Source: Eledone cirrhosa (Eukaryota). From it: a DNA stretch of 64,000 nt. The notes beneath the pieces are model-generated. The model was not told the DNA's origin, searched no databases, and worked only from the letters and a program-made list of their open reading frames with translations. Both the position numbers and the translations under genes were made by a program. The stretch's first letter is position 1, and each line of letters starts with the position of its first letter. The stretch is taken from positions 129,456,001 through 129,520,000 of the forward strand of contig OZ024744.1 in NCBI GenBank assembly GCA_964016885.1, written 5' to 3'. Below are positions 37,440-48,500 of this stretch, piece by piece.

Positions 37440-40400
37440 GTTAAGTTAAGTTGGGGTTCAGTTAAGTTGGGGTTAAGTTGGGGTAAAATTAAGTTGGGGT
37501 TAAGTTAAGTTGCGGTTAAGTTAAGTTGAGGTTAAGTTAAGTTGGGGTTAAGTTAAGTTGGGGTTAAGTTAAGTTGGGGCTAAGTTAAGTTGGAGCTAAG
37601 TTAAGTTGGGGCTAAGTTAAGTTGGGGTTAAGTTAAGTTGGGGTTAAGTTAAGGTGGGGTTAAGTTAAGTTGGGGTCAACTTAAGTTGGGGTTAATTTAA
37701 GTTGGGGTTAACTTAAGTTGGGGTTAAGCTAAGTTGGGGTTAAGTTAAGTTGGGGTTAAGTTAAGTTGGGGTTACGTTAAGTTGGGGGTAAGTTAAGTTG
37801 GTGGTAAGTTAAGTTGGGGGTAAGTTAAGATGGGGTTAAGTTAAGTTGGGGTTAATTTAATTTGGGGTTAAGTTAAGTTAGGGTTAAGTTAAGTTGGGGT
37901 TGAGTTAAGTTGGGGTTAAGTTAAGTTGGGGTTATGTTAAGTTGGGGTTAAGTTAAGTTGGGGTTAAGTTAAGTTGGGGTTCAATTAAGTTGCGGTTAAT
38001 TTAAGTTGGGGTTAAGTTAAGTTGGGGTTAAGTTAAGATGGGGTTAAGTTAAGTTGGGGTTATGTTAAGTTGGTGTTAAGTTAAGTTGGGGTTAAGTTAA
38101 GTTGGGGTTAAGTTAGGTTGGTGTTAATTTAAGTTGGGGGTAAGTTAAGTTGGGGGTAAGTTAAGTTGGTGTTAAGTTAAGTTGGGGTTAAGTTAAGTTG
38201 GGGTTAAGTTAAGTTGGGGTTAAGGTAGGGTCGAGTTAAGTTGGGGTTAAGTTAAGTTGGGGTTAAGTTAAGTTGGGGTTGAGTTAAGCTGGGGTTAAGT
38301 TAAGTTGGGGTTAAAATAAGTTGGGGTTAAGTTAAGTTGGGGTTAATTTAATTTGTGGTTAAGTTAAGTTGGGGTTAAGTTAAGTTGGGGTTGAGTTAAG
38401 CTGGGGTTAAGTTAAGTTGAGGTTAAAGTTAAGTAGGGGTTAAATTATGTTGGGGTTAAGTTAAGTTGGGGTTAAGTTAAGTTGGGGTTAAGTTAAGTTG
38501 GGGATAAGTTAAGTTGGGGATAAGTTAAGTTGGGGTTAATTAAGTTGGGTTTAAGTTAAGTTGGGGTTAAGTTAAGTTGGGGTTAAGTTAAGTTGGGGTT
38601 AAGTTAAGTTGGTTAGTTAAATTGAGTTTAAGTTAAGTTGGGCTTAATTTAAGTTGGGGTTAAGTTAAGTTGGGGTTAAGTTAAGTTGGGGTTAAGTTAA
38701 GTTGGGGTTAAGTTAAGTTGGGGTTCAGTCAAGTTGGGGTTAAGTTAAGTTGGGGTTAAGTTGGGGTAAAATTAAGTTGGGGTTAAGTTAAGTTGGGGTT
38801 AAGTTAAGTTGGGGTTAAGTTAAGTTGGGGTTAAGTTAAGTTGCGGTTAAGTTAAGTTGAGGTTAAGTTAAGTTGGGGTTAAGTTAGGTTGGGGTTAATT
38901 TAAGTTGGGACTAAGTTAAGTTGGGACTAAGTTAAGTTGGGGCTAAGTTAAGTTGGGGTTAAGTTAACTTTGGGTTAAGTTAAGTTGGGTTTGAGTTAAG
39001 TTGGGGTTAATTAAGTTGGGGTTAAGTTAAGTTGGGGTTAAGTTAAGTTGGGGTTAAGTTAAGTTGGGGTTAAGTTAAGTTGCGGTTAAGTTAAGTTGAT
39101 GTTAAGTTAAGTTGGGGTTAAGTTAAGTTGGGGTTAAGTTAAGTTGGGGCTAAGTTAAGTTGGGGCTAAGTTAAGTTGGGGTTAAGTTAAGGTGGGGTTA
39201 AGTTAAGTTGGGGTCAACTTAAGTTGGGGTTAAGTTATGTTGGGGTTAAGTTAAGTTGGGGTTAAGTTAAGTTGGGGTTACATTAAGTTGGGGGTAAGTT
39301 AAGTTGGTGGTAAGTTAAGTTGGGGGTAAGTTAAGATGGGGTTAAGTTAAGTTGGGGTTAATTTAATTTGGGGTTAAGTTAAGTTAGGGTTAAGTTAAGT
39401 TGGGGTTATGTTAAGTTGGGGTTAAGTTAAGTTGGGGTTAAGTTAAGTTGGGGTTCAATTAAGTTGCGGTTAATTTAAGTTGGGTTTAAGTTAAGTTGGG
39501 GTTAAGTTAAGTTGGGGTTATGTTAAGTTGGTGTTAAGTTAAGTTGGGGATAAGTTAAGTTGGGGTTAAGTTAAGTTGGGGTTAAGTTAGGTTGGTGTTA
39601 AGTTAAGTTGGCGGTAAGTTAAGTTGGGTGTAAGTTAAGTTGGTGTTAAGTTATGTTGGGGTTAAGTTAAGTTGGGGTTAAGTTAAGTTGGGTTTAAGTT
39701 AAGTTGGGGCTAAGTTAAGTTAGGGCTAAGTTAAGTTGGGGTTAAGTAAAGTTAGGGCTAAGTTAAGTTGGGGTTAACTTAAGTTGGGGTTAATTTAAGT
39801 TGGGGTTACATTAAGTTGAGGTTAAGTTAAGTTGGGGTTAAGTTAAGTTGGGTTTAAGTTAAGTTGGGGCTAAGTTAAGTTAGGGCTAAGTTAAGTTGGG
39901 GCTGAGTTAAGTTGGGGTTAATTTAAGTTGGGTTTAAGTTAAGTTGGGGTTAAGTTAAGTTGGGGTTATGTTAAGTTGGTGTTAAGTTAAGTTGGGGTTA
40001 AGTTAAGTTGGGGTTAAGTTAAGTTGGGGTTAAGTTAGGTTGGTGTTAAGTTAAGTTGGCGGTAAGTTAAGTTGGGGGTAAGTTAAGTTGGTGTTAAGTT
40101 ATGTTGGGGTTAAGTTAAGTTGGGGTTAAGTTAAGTTGGGTTTAAGTTAAGTTGGGGCTAAGTTAAGTTAGGGCTAAGTTAAGTTGGGGTTAAGTAAAGT
40201 TAGGGCTAAGTTAAGTTGGGGTTAAGTTAAGTTGGGGTTAATTTAAGTTGGGGTTACATTAAGTTGAGGTTAAGTTAAGTTGGGGTTAAGTTAAGTTGGG
40301 TTTAAGTTAAGTTGGGGCTAAGTTAAGTTAGGGCTAAGTTAAGTTGGGGCTGAGTTAAGTTGGGGTTAAGTTAAGTTGGGGTTGAGTTAAGTTGGGGTTA

Positions 40401-42500
40401 AGTTAAGTTGGGGTTAAGTTAAGTTGGGGTTAAGTTAAGTTGGGGCTGAGTTAAGTTGGGATTACGTTAAGTTGGGGTTAAGGTAAGTTGGGGTTAAGTT
40501 AAGTTGGGGTTAAGTTAAGTTGGTGTTAAGTTAAGTTGGGGCTGAGTTAAGTTGGGGCTAAGTTAAGTTGGGTCTAAGTTAAGTTGGGGTTAAGTTAAGT
40601 TGGGGTTAAGTTAAGTTGGTGTTAAATTAAGTTGGGGTTAAGTTAAGTTGGTGTTAAGTTAAGTTGGGGTTAAGTTAAGTTGGGGTTAATTAAGTTGGGG
40701 TTAAGTTAAGTTGGGGTTAAGTTAATTGGGGTTAAATTAAGTTAGGGTTGAGTTAAGTTGGGGTTAAGTTAAGGTGGGGTTAAGTTAAGTTGGGGTCAAC
40801 TTAAGTTGGGGTTAAGTTAAGTTGGGGTTAAGTTAAGTTGGGGTTAAGTTAAGTTGGGGTTAAGTTAAGTTGGGGTTATGTTAAGTTGGGGTTAAGTTAA
40901 GTTGGGGTTAAGTTAAGTTGGGGTTCAATTAAGTTGGGGTTAAGTTAAGTTGGGGGTAAGATAAGTTGGGGTTAGTTAAGTTGGGGTTAAGTTAAGTTGG
41001 GGTTAAGTTAAGTTGGGGTTAATTTAATTTGTGGTTAAGTTAAGTTGGGGTTAAAATAAGTTGGGGTTAAGTTAAGTTGGGGTTAATTTAATTTGTGGTT
41101 AAGTTAAGTTGGGGTTAAGTTAAGTTGGGGTTGAGTTAAGCTGGGGTTAAGTTAAGTTGAGGTTAAAGTTAAGTAGGGGTTAAATTATGTTGGGGTTAAG
41201 TTAAGTTGGGGTTAAGTTAAGTTGGGGTTAAGTTAAGTTGGGGATAAGTTAAGTTGGGGATAAGTTAAGTTGGGGTTAATTAAGTTGGGTTTAAGTTAAG
41301 TTGGGGTTAAGTTAAGTTGGGGTTAAGTTAAGTTGGGGTTAAGTTAAGTTGGTTAGTTAAGTTGAGTTTAAGTTAAGTTGGGCTTAATTTAAGTTGGGGT
41401 TAAGTTAAGTTGGGGTTAAGTTAAGTTGGGGTTAAGTTAAGTTGGGGTTAAGTTAAGTTGGGGTTCAGTCAAGTTGGGGTTAAGTTAAGTTGGGGTTAAG
41501 TTGGGGTAAAATTAAGTTGGGGTTAAGTTAAGTTGGGGCTAAGTTAAGTTGGGGTTAAGTTAAGTTGGGGTTAAGTTAAGTTGCGGTTAAGTTAAGTTGA
41601 GGTTAAGTTAAGTTGGGGTTAAGTTAAGTTGGGGTTAATTTAAGTTGGGGCTAAGTTAAGTTGGGGCTAAGTTAAGTTGGGGCTAAGTTAAGTTGGGGTT
41701 AAGTTAACTTTGGGTTAAGTTAAGTTGGGTTTGAGTTAAGTTGGGGTTAATTAAGTTGGGGTTAAGTTAAGTTGGGGTTAAGTTAAGTTGGGGTTAAGTT
41801 AAGTTGGGGTTAAGTTAAGTTGCGGTTAAGTTAAGTTGATGTTAAGTTAAGTTGGGGTTAAGTTAAGTTGGGGTTAAGTTAAGTTGGGGCTAAGTTAAGT
41901 TGGGGCTAAGTTAAGTTGGGGCTATGTTAAGTTGGGGTTAAGTTAAGGTGGGGTTAAGTTAAGTTGGGGTCAACTTAAGTTGGGGTTAAGTTATGTTGGG
42001 GTTAAGTTAAGTTGGGGTTAAGTTAAGTTGGGGTTACATTAAGTTGGGGGTAAGTTAAGTTGGTGGTAAGTTAAGTTGGGGGTAAGTTAAGATGGGGTTA
42101 AGTTAAGTTGGGGTTAATTTAATTTGGGGTTAAGTTAAGTTAGGGTTAAGTTAAGTTGGGGTTATGTTAAGTTGGGGTTAAGTTAAGTTGGGGTTAAGTT
42201 AAGTTGGGGTTCAATTAAGTTGCGGTTAATTTAAGTTGGGTTTAAGTTAAGTTGGGGTTAAGTTAAGTTGGGGTTATGTTAAGTTGGTGTTAAGTTAAGT
42301 TGGGGATAAGTTAAGTTGGGGTTAAGTTAAGTTGGGGTTAAGTTAGGTTGGTGTTAAGTTAAGTTGGCGGTAAGTTAAGTTGGGGGTAAGTTAAGTTGGT
42401 GTTAAGTTATGTTGGGGTTAAGTTAAGTTGGGGTTAAGTTAAGTTGGGTTTAAGTTAAGTTGGGGCTAAGTTAAGTTAGGGCTAAGTTAAGTTGGGGTTA
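37440..42500 (+). repeat. Further copy of the central higher-order unit, about 5.1 kb
   Basis: GGGTCGAG 33111/38232 (offset 5121). GGGATTACG 35388/40461 and GGGCTATG 36849/41922 (offset 5073). Sequence from about 39.2-41.4 kb aligns to about 12.8-15.0 kb at offset 26400. Confidence 0.85.
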
Positions 42501-45500
42501 AGTAAAGTTAGGGCTAAGTTAAGTTGGGGTTAAGTTAAGTTGGGGTTAATTTAAGTTGGGGTTACATTAAGTTGAGGTTAAGTTAAGTTGGGGTTAAGTT
42601 AAGTTGGGTTTAAGTTAAGTTGGGGCTAAGTTAAGTTAGGGCTAAGTTAAGTTGGGGCTGAGTTAAGTTGGGGTTAAGTTAAGTTGGGGTTGAGTTAAGT
42701 TGGGGTTAAGTTAAGTTGGGGTTAAGTTAAGTTGGGGTTAAGTTAAGTTGGGGCTGAGTTAAGTTGGGGTTACGTTAAGTTGGGGTTAAGGTAAGTTGGG
42801 GTTAAGTTAAGTTGGGGTTAAGTTAAGTTGGTGTTAAGTTAAGTTGGGGCTGACTTAAGTTGGGGCTAAGTTAAGTTGGGTCTAAGTTAAGTTGGGGTTA
42901 AGTTAAGTTGGGGTTAAGTTAAGTTGGTGTTAAATTAAGTTGGGGTTAAGTTAAGTTGGTGTTAAGTTAAGTTGGGGTTAAGTTAAGTTGGGGTTAATTA
43001 AGTTGGGGTTAAGTTAAGTTGGGGTTAAGTTAATTGGGGTTAAATTAAGTTAGGGTTGAGTTAAGTTGGGGTTAAGTTAAGTTGGGGTTATATTAAGTTG
43101 GGGTTAAGTTAAGTTGGGGTTAAGTAAAGTTGGGGTTCAGTTAAGTTGCGGTTAAGTTAAGTTGGGGTTAAGTTAAGTTAGGCTTAACTTAAGTTGGGGT
43201 TAAGTTAAGTTGGGGGAGAGTTAAGTTGGGGGTAAGTTAAGTTGGGGTTAAGTTAAGTTGGGGTTAAGTTGGGGTTAAGTTAAGTTGGGGTTAAGTTAAG
43301 TTGCGGTTAAGTTAAGTTGATGTTAAGTTAAGTTGGGGTTAAGTTAAGTTGGGGTTAAGTTAAGTTGGGGCTAAGTTAAGTTGGGGCTAAGTTAAGTTGG
43401 GGCTAAGTTAAGTTGGGGTTAAGTTAAGGTGGGGTTAAGTTAAGTTGGGGTCAACTTAAGTTGGGGTTAAGTTATGTTGGGGTTAAGTTAAGTTGGGGTT
43501 AAGTTAAGTTGGGGTTACACTAAGTTGGGGGTAAGTTAAGTTGGTGGTGAGTTAAGTTGGGGGTAAGTTAAGATGGGGTTAAGTTAAGTTGGGGTTAATT
43601 TAATTTGGGGTTAAGTTAAGTTAGGCTTAAGTTAAGTTGGGGTTATGTTAAGTTGGGGTTAAGTTAAGTTGGGGTTAAGTTAAGTTGGGGTTCAATTAAG
43701 TTGCGGTTAATTTAAGTTGGGTTTAAGTTAAGTTGGGGTTAAGTTAAGTTGGGGTTATGTTAAGTTGGTGTTAAGTTAAGTTGGGGATAAGTTAAGTTGG
43801 GGTTAAGTTAAGTTGGGGTTAAGTTAGGTTGGTGTTAAGTTAAGTTGGCGGTAAGTTAAGTTGGGGGTAAGTTAAGTTGGTGTTAAGTTATGTTGGGGTT
43901 AAATTAAGTTGGGGTTAAGTTAAGTTGGGTTTAAGTTAAGTTGGGGCTAAGTTAAGTTAGGGCTAAGTTAAGTTGGGGTTAAGTAAAGTTAGGGCTAAGT
44001 TAAGTTGGGGTTAAGTTAAGTTGGGGTTAATTTAAGTTGGGGTTACATTAAGTTGAGGTTAAGTTAAGTTGGGGTTAAGTTAAGTTGGGTTTAAGTTAAG
44101 TTGGGGCTAAGTTAAGTTAGGGCTAAGTTAAGTTGGGGCTGAGTTAAGTTGGGGTTAATTTAAGTTGGGTTTAACTTAAGTTGGGGTTAAGTTAAGTTGG
44201 GGTTATGTTAAGTTGGTGTTAAGTTAAGTTGGGGTTAAGTTAAGTTGGGGTTAAGTTAAGTTGGGGTTAAGTTAGGTTGGTGTTAAGTTAAGTTGGCGGT
44301 AAGTTAAGTTGGGGGTAAGTTAAGTTGGTGTTAAGTTATGTTGGGGTTGAGTTAAGTTGGGGTTAAGTTAACTTTGGGTTAAGTTAAGTTGGGTTTGAGT
44401 TAAGTTGGGGTTAATTAAGTTGGGGTTAAGTTAAGTTGGGGTTAAGTTAAGTTGGGGTTAAGTTAAGTTGGGGTTAAGTTAAGTTGCGGTTAAGTTAAGT
44501 TGAGGTTAAGTTAAGTTGGGGTTAAGTTAAGTTGGGGTTAAGTTAAGTTGGGGCTAAGTTAAGTTGGGGCTAAGTTAAGTTGGGGCTTAGTTAAGTTGGG
44601 GTTAAGTTAAGTTGGGGTTAAGTTAAGGTGGGGTTTAGTTAAGTTGGGGTCAACTAAAGTTGGGGTTAAGTTAAGTTGGGGTTCACTTAAGTTGGGGTTA
44701 ATCTAAGTTGGGGTTAAGTTAAGTTGGGGTTTATTTAAGTTGGGGTTCAGTTAATTTGGGGTTAAGTTAAGTTTGGGTTAAGTTGGGGTTAAATTAAGTT
44801 GGGGTTAAGTTAAGTTGGGGTTAAGTTACGTTGGGGTTAATTTAAGTTGGGGTTAAGTTAAGTTGGGGTTAATTTAAGTTGGGGTTAAGTTAAGTTGGGG
44901 TTAATTTAAGTTGGGGTTAATTTAAGTTGGGGTTAAGTTAAGTTGGGGTTAAGTTAAGTTGGGGTAAAGTTAAGTTGGGGTTAAGTTAAGTTGGGGTTAA
45001 GTTAAGTTGGGGTTAAGTTGGGGTTAAGTTAAGTTAGGGTTAACTTAAGTTGGGGTTGTGTTAAGTGGTGGTTATGTTAAGTGGTGGTTATGTTAAGTTG
45101 GGGTTAAGTTAAGTTGGGGTTAAGTTAAATTGGGGTTAAGTTAATTAGGGTTAAGTTAAGTTGGGGTTAAGTTAAGTTGGGGTTAAGTTAAGTTGGGGTT
45201 AAGTTAAGTCGGGGTTAAGTTAAGTTAGGGTTAAGTTAAGTTGGGGTTAATTTAAGTTGGGGTTAAGTTAAGTTGAGGTTAAAGTTAAGTAGGGGTTAAA
45301 TTATGTTGGGGTTAAGTTAATTTGGGGATAAGTTAAGTTGGGGATAAGTTAAGTTGGGGTTAATTAAGTTGGGTTTAAGTTAAGTTGGGGTTAAGTTAAG
45401 TTGGGGTTAAGTTAAGTTGGGGTTAAGTTAAGTTGGTTAGTTAAGTTGAGTTTAAGTTAAGTTGGGCTTAATTTAAGTTGGGGTTAAGTTAAGTTGGGGT

Positions 45501-45569
45501 TAAGTTAAGTTGGGGTTAAGTTAAGTTGGGGTTAAGTTAAGTTGGGGTTCAGTTAAGTTGGGGTTAAGT

Positions 45570-48500
45570 TAAGTTGGGGTTAAGTTGGGGTAAAGTTAAG
45601 TTGGGGTTAAGTTAAGTTGGGGTTAAGTTAAGTTGGGGTTAAGTTAAGTTGGGGTTAAGTTAAGTTGCGGTTAAGTTAAGTTGAGGTTAAGTTAAGTTGG
45701 GGTTAAGTTAAGTTGGGGTTAAGTTAAGTTGGGGCTAAGTTAAGTTGGGGCTAAGTTAAGTTGGGGCTAAGTTAAGTTGGGGTTAAGTTAACTTTGGGTT
45801 AAGTTAAGTTGGGTTTGAGTTAAGTTGGGGTTAATTAAGTTGGGGTTAAGTTAAGTTGGGGTTAAGTTAAGTTGGGGTTAAGTTAAGTTGGGGTTAAGTT
45901 AAGTTGCGGTTAAGTTAAGTTGATGTTAAGTTAAGTTGGGGTTAAGTTAAGTTGGGGTTAAGTTAAGTTGGGGCTAAGTTAAGTTGGGGCTAAGTTAAGT
46001 TGGGGCTAAGTTAAGTTGGGGTTAAGTTAAGGTGGGGTTAAGTTAAGTTGGGGTCAACTTAAGTTGGGGTTAAGTTAAGTTGGGGTTAAGTTAAGTTGGG
46101 GTTAAGTTAAGTTGGGGTTAAGTTAAGTTGGGGTTACGTTAAGTTGGGGGTAAGTTAAGTTGGTGGTAAGTTAAGTTGTGGGTAAGTTAAGATGGGGTTA
46201 AATTAAGTTGGGGTTAAGTTAAGTTGGGGTTATGTTAAGTTGGTGTTAAGTTAAGTTGGGGTTAAGTTAAGTTGGGGTTAAGTTAAGTTGGGGTTAAGTT
46301 AGGTTGGTGTTAAGTTAAGTTGGGGTTAAGTTAAGTTGGGGTTAAGTTATGTTGGGTTTAAGTTAAGTTGGGGCTAAGTTAAGTTAGGGCTAAGTTAAGT
46401 TGGGGTTAAGTAAAGTTAGGGCTAAGTTAATTTGGGGTTAAGTTAAGTTGGGGTTAATTTAAGTTGGGGTTACATTAAGTTGAGGTTAAGTTAAGTTGGG
46501 GTTAAGTTAAGTTAGGGTTAATTTAAGTTGGGGTTATGTTAAGTTGGGGTTAAGTTAAGTTGGGGTTAAGTTAGGTTGGTGTTAAGTTAAGTTGGGGGTA
46601 AGTTAAATTGCGGGTAAGTTAAGTTGGTGTTAAGTTAAGTTGGGGTTAATTTAAGTTGGGGTTAAGTTAAGTTGGGTTTAAGTTAAGTTGGGGCTAAGTT
46701 AAGTTAGGGCTAAGTTAAGTTGGGGCTGAGTTAAGTTGGGGTTAAGTTAAGTTGGGGTTAAGTTAAGTTGGGGTTAAGTTAAGTTGGGTTTAAGTTAAGT
46801 TGGGGTTAAGTTAAGTTGGGGTTTATATTAAGTTGGGGTTAATCTAAGTTGGGGTTAAGTTAAATTGAGGTTAAGTTAAGTTGGGGTTAATTTAAGTTGG
46901 GGTTAAGCTAAGTTGGGGTTAAGTTAAATTGAGGTTAAGTTAAGTTGGGGTTAAGTTAAGTTGGGGTTAATTTAAGTTGGGGCTAAGTAAAGTTGGGGCT
47001 AAGTTAAGTGGGGGTTAAGTTAAGTTAGGGTTGAGTTAAGTTGGGGTTAAGTTAACTTTGGGTTAAGTTAAGTTGGGTTTGAGTTAAGTTGGGGTTAATT
47101 AAGTTGGGGTTAAGTTAAGTTGGGGTTAAGTTAAGTTGGGGTTAAGTTAAGTTGGGGTTAAGTTAAGTTGCGGTTAAGTTAAGTTGAGGTTAAGTTAAGT
47201 TGGGGTTAAGTTAAGTTGGGGTTAAGTTAAGTTGGGGCTAAGTTAAGTTGGGGCTAAGTTAAGTTGGGGCTTAGTTAAGTTGGGGTTACGTTAAGTTGGG
47301 GTTAAGTTAAGGTGGGGTTTAGTTAAGTTGGGGTCAACTAAAGTTGGGGTTAAGTTAAGTTGGGGTTCACTTAAGTTGGGGTTAATCTAAGTTGGGGTTA
47401 AGTTAAGTTGGGGTTTATTTAAGTTGGGGTTCAGTTAATTTGGGGTTAAGTTATGTTTGGGTTAAGTTGGGGTTAAATTAAGTTGGGGTTAAGTTAAGTT
47501 GGGGTTAAGTTACGTTGGGGTTAATTTAAGTTGGGGTTAAGATAAGTTGCGGGTAATTTAAGTTGGGGTTAAGTTAAGTTGGGGTTAAGTTAAGTTGGGG
47601 TTAAGTTAAGTTGGGGGTAAGTTAAGTTGGGGGTAAGTTAAGTTGGGAGTAAGTTAAGTTGGGGTTAAGTTAAGTTGGGGTTAAGTTAAGTTGGGGTTAA
47701 GTTAAGTTAGGGTTAAGTTAAGTTGGGGTTGAGTTAAGTTGGGGTTAAGTTAAGTTGGGGTTATGTTAAGTTGGGGTTAAGTTAAATTGGGGTTAATTTA
47801 ACTTTGTGGTTAAGTTAAGTTGGGGTTAAGTTAAGTTGGGGTTAAGTTAAGTTGGGGTTAATTTAAGTTGCGGATAAGTTAAGTTGAGGTTAAGCTAAGT
47901 TGGGGTTAAGTTAAGTTGGGGTTAAGTTAAGTTGGGGCTAAGTTAAGTTGGGGCTAAGTTAAGTTGGGGCTTAGTTAAGTTGGGGTTAAGTTAAGTTGGG
48001 GTTAAGTTAAGGTGGGGTTTAGTTAAGTTGGGGTCAACTAAAGTTGGGGTTAAGTTAAGTTGGGGTTTATTTAAGTTGGGGTTCAGTTAATTTGGGGTTA
48101 AGTTAAGTTTGGGTTAAGTTGGGGTTAAATTAAGTTGGGGTTAAGTTAAGTTGGGGTTAATTTAAGTTGGGGTTAAGTTAAGTTGGGGTTAAGTTAAGTT
48201 GGGGTTAAGTTAAGTTGGGGGTAAGTTAAGTTGGGGGTAAGTTAAGTTGGTGTTAATTTAAGTTGGGGTTAAGTTAAGTTGGGGTTAAGTTAAGTTGGGG
48301 TTAAGTTGAGTTGGGGTAAAGTTAAGTTGGGGTTAAGTTAAGTTGGGGTTAATTTAAGTTGGGGTTAAGTTAAGTTGGGGTTAATTTAAGTTGGGGTTAA
48401 TTTAAGTTGGGGTTAAGTTAAGTTGGGGTTAAGTTAAGTTGGGGTTAAGTTAAGTTGGGGGTAAGTTAAGTTGGGGTTAAGTTAAGTTGGGGTTAATTTG

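Noticed and set aside
46820-46835. TATA-like or -10-like promoter motifs (TTTATATTAA, TTAATTTAAT)
   Set aside because: These are chance products of one or two substitutions in the AT-rich pentamers, with no downstream gene or other supporting context.
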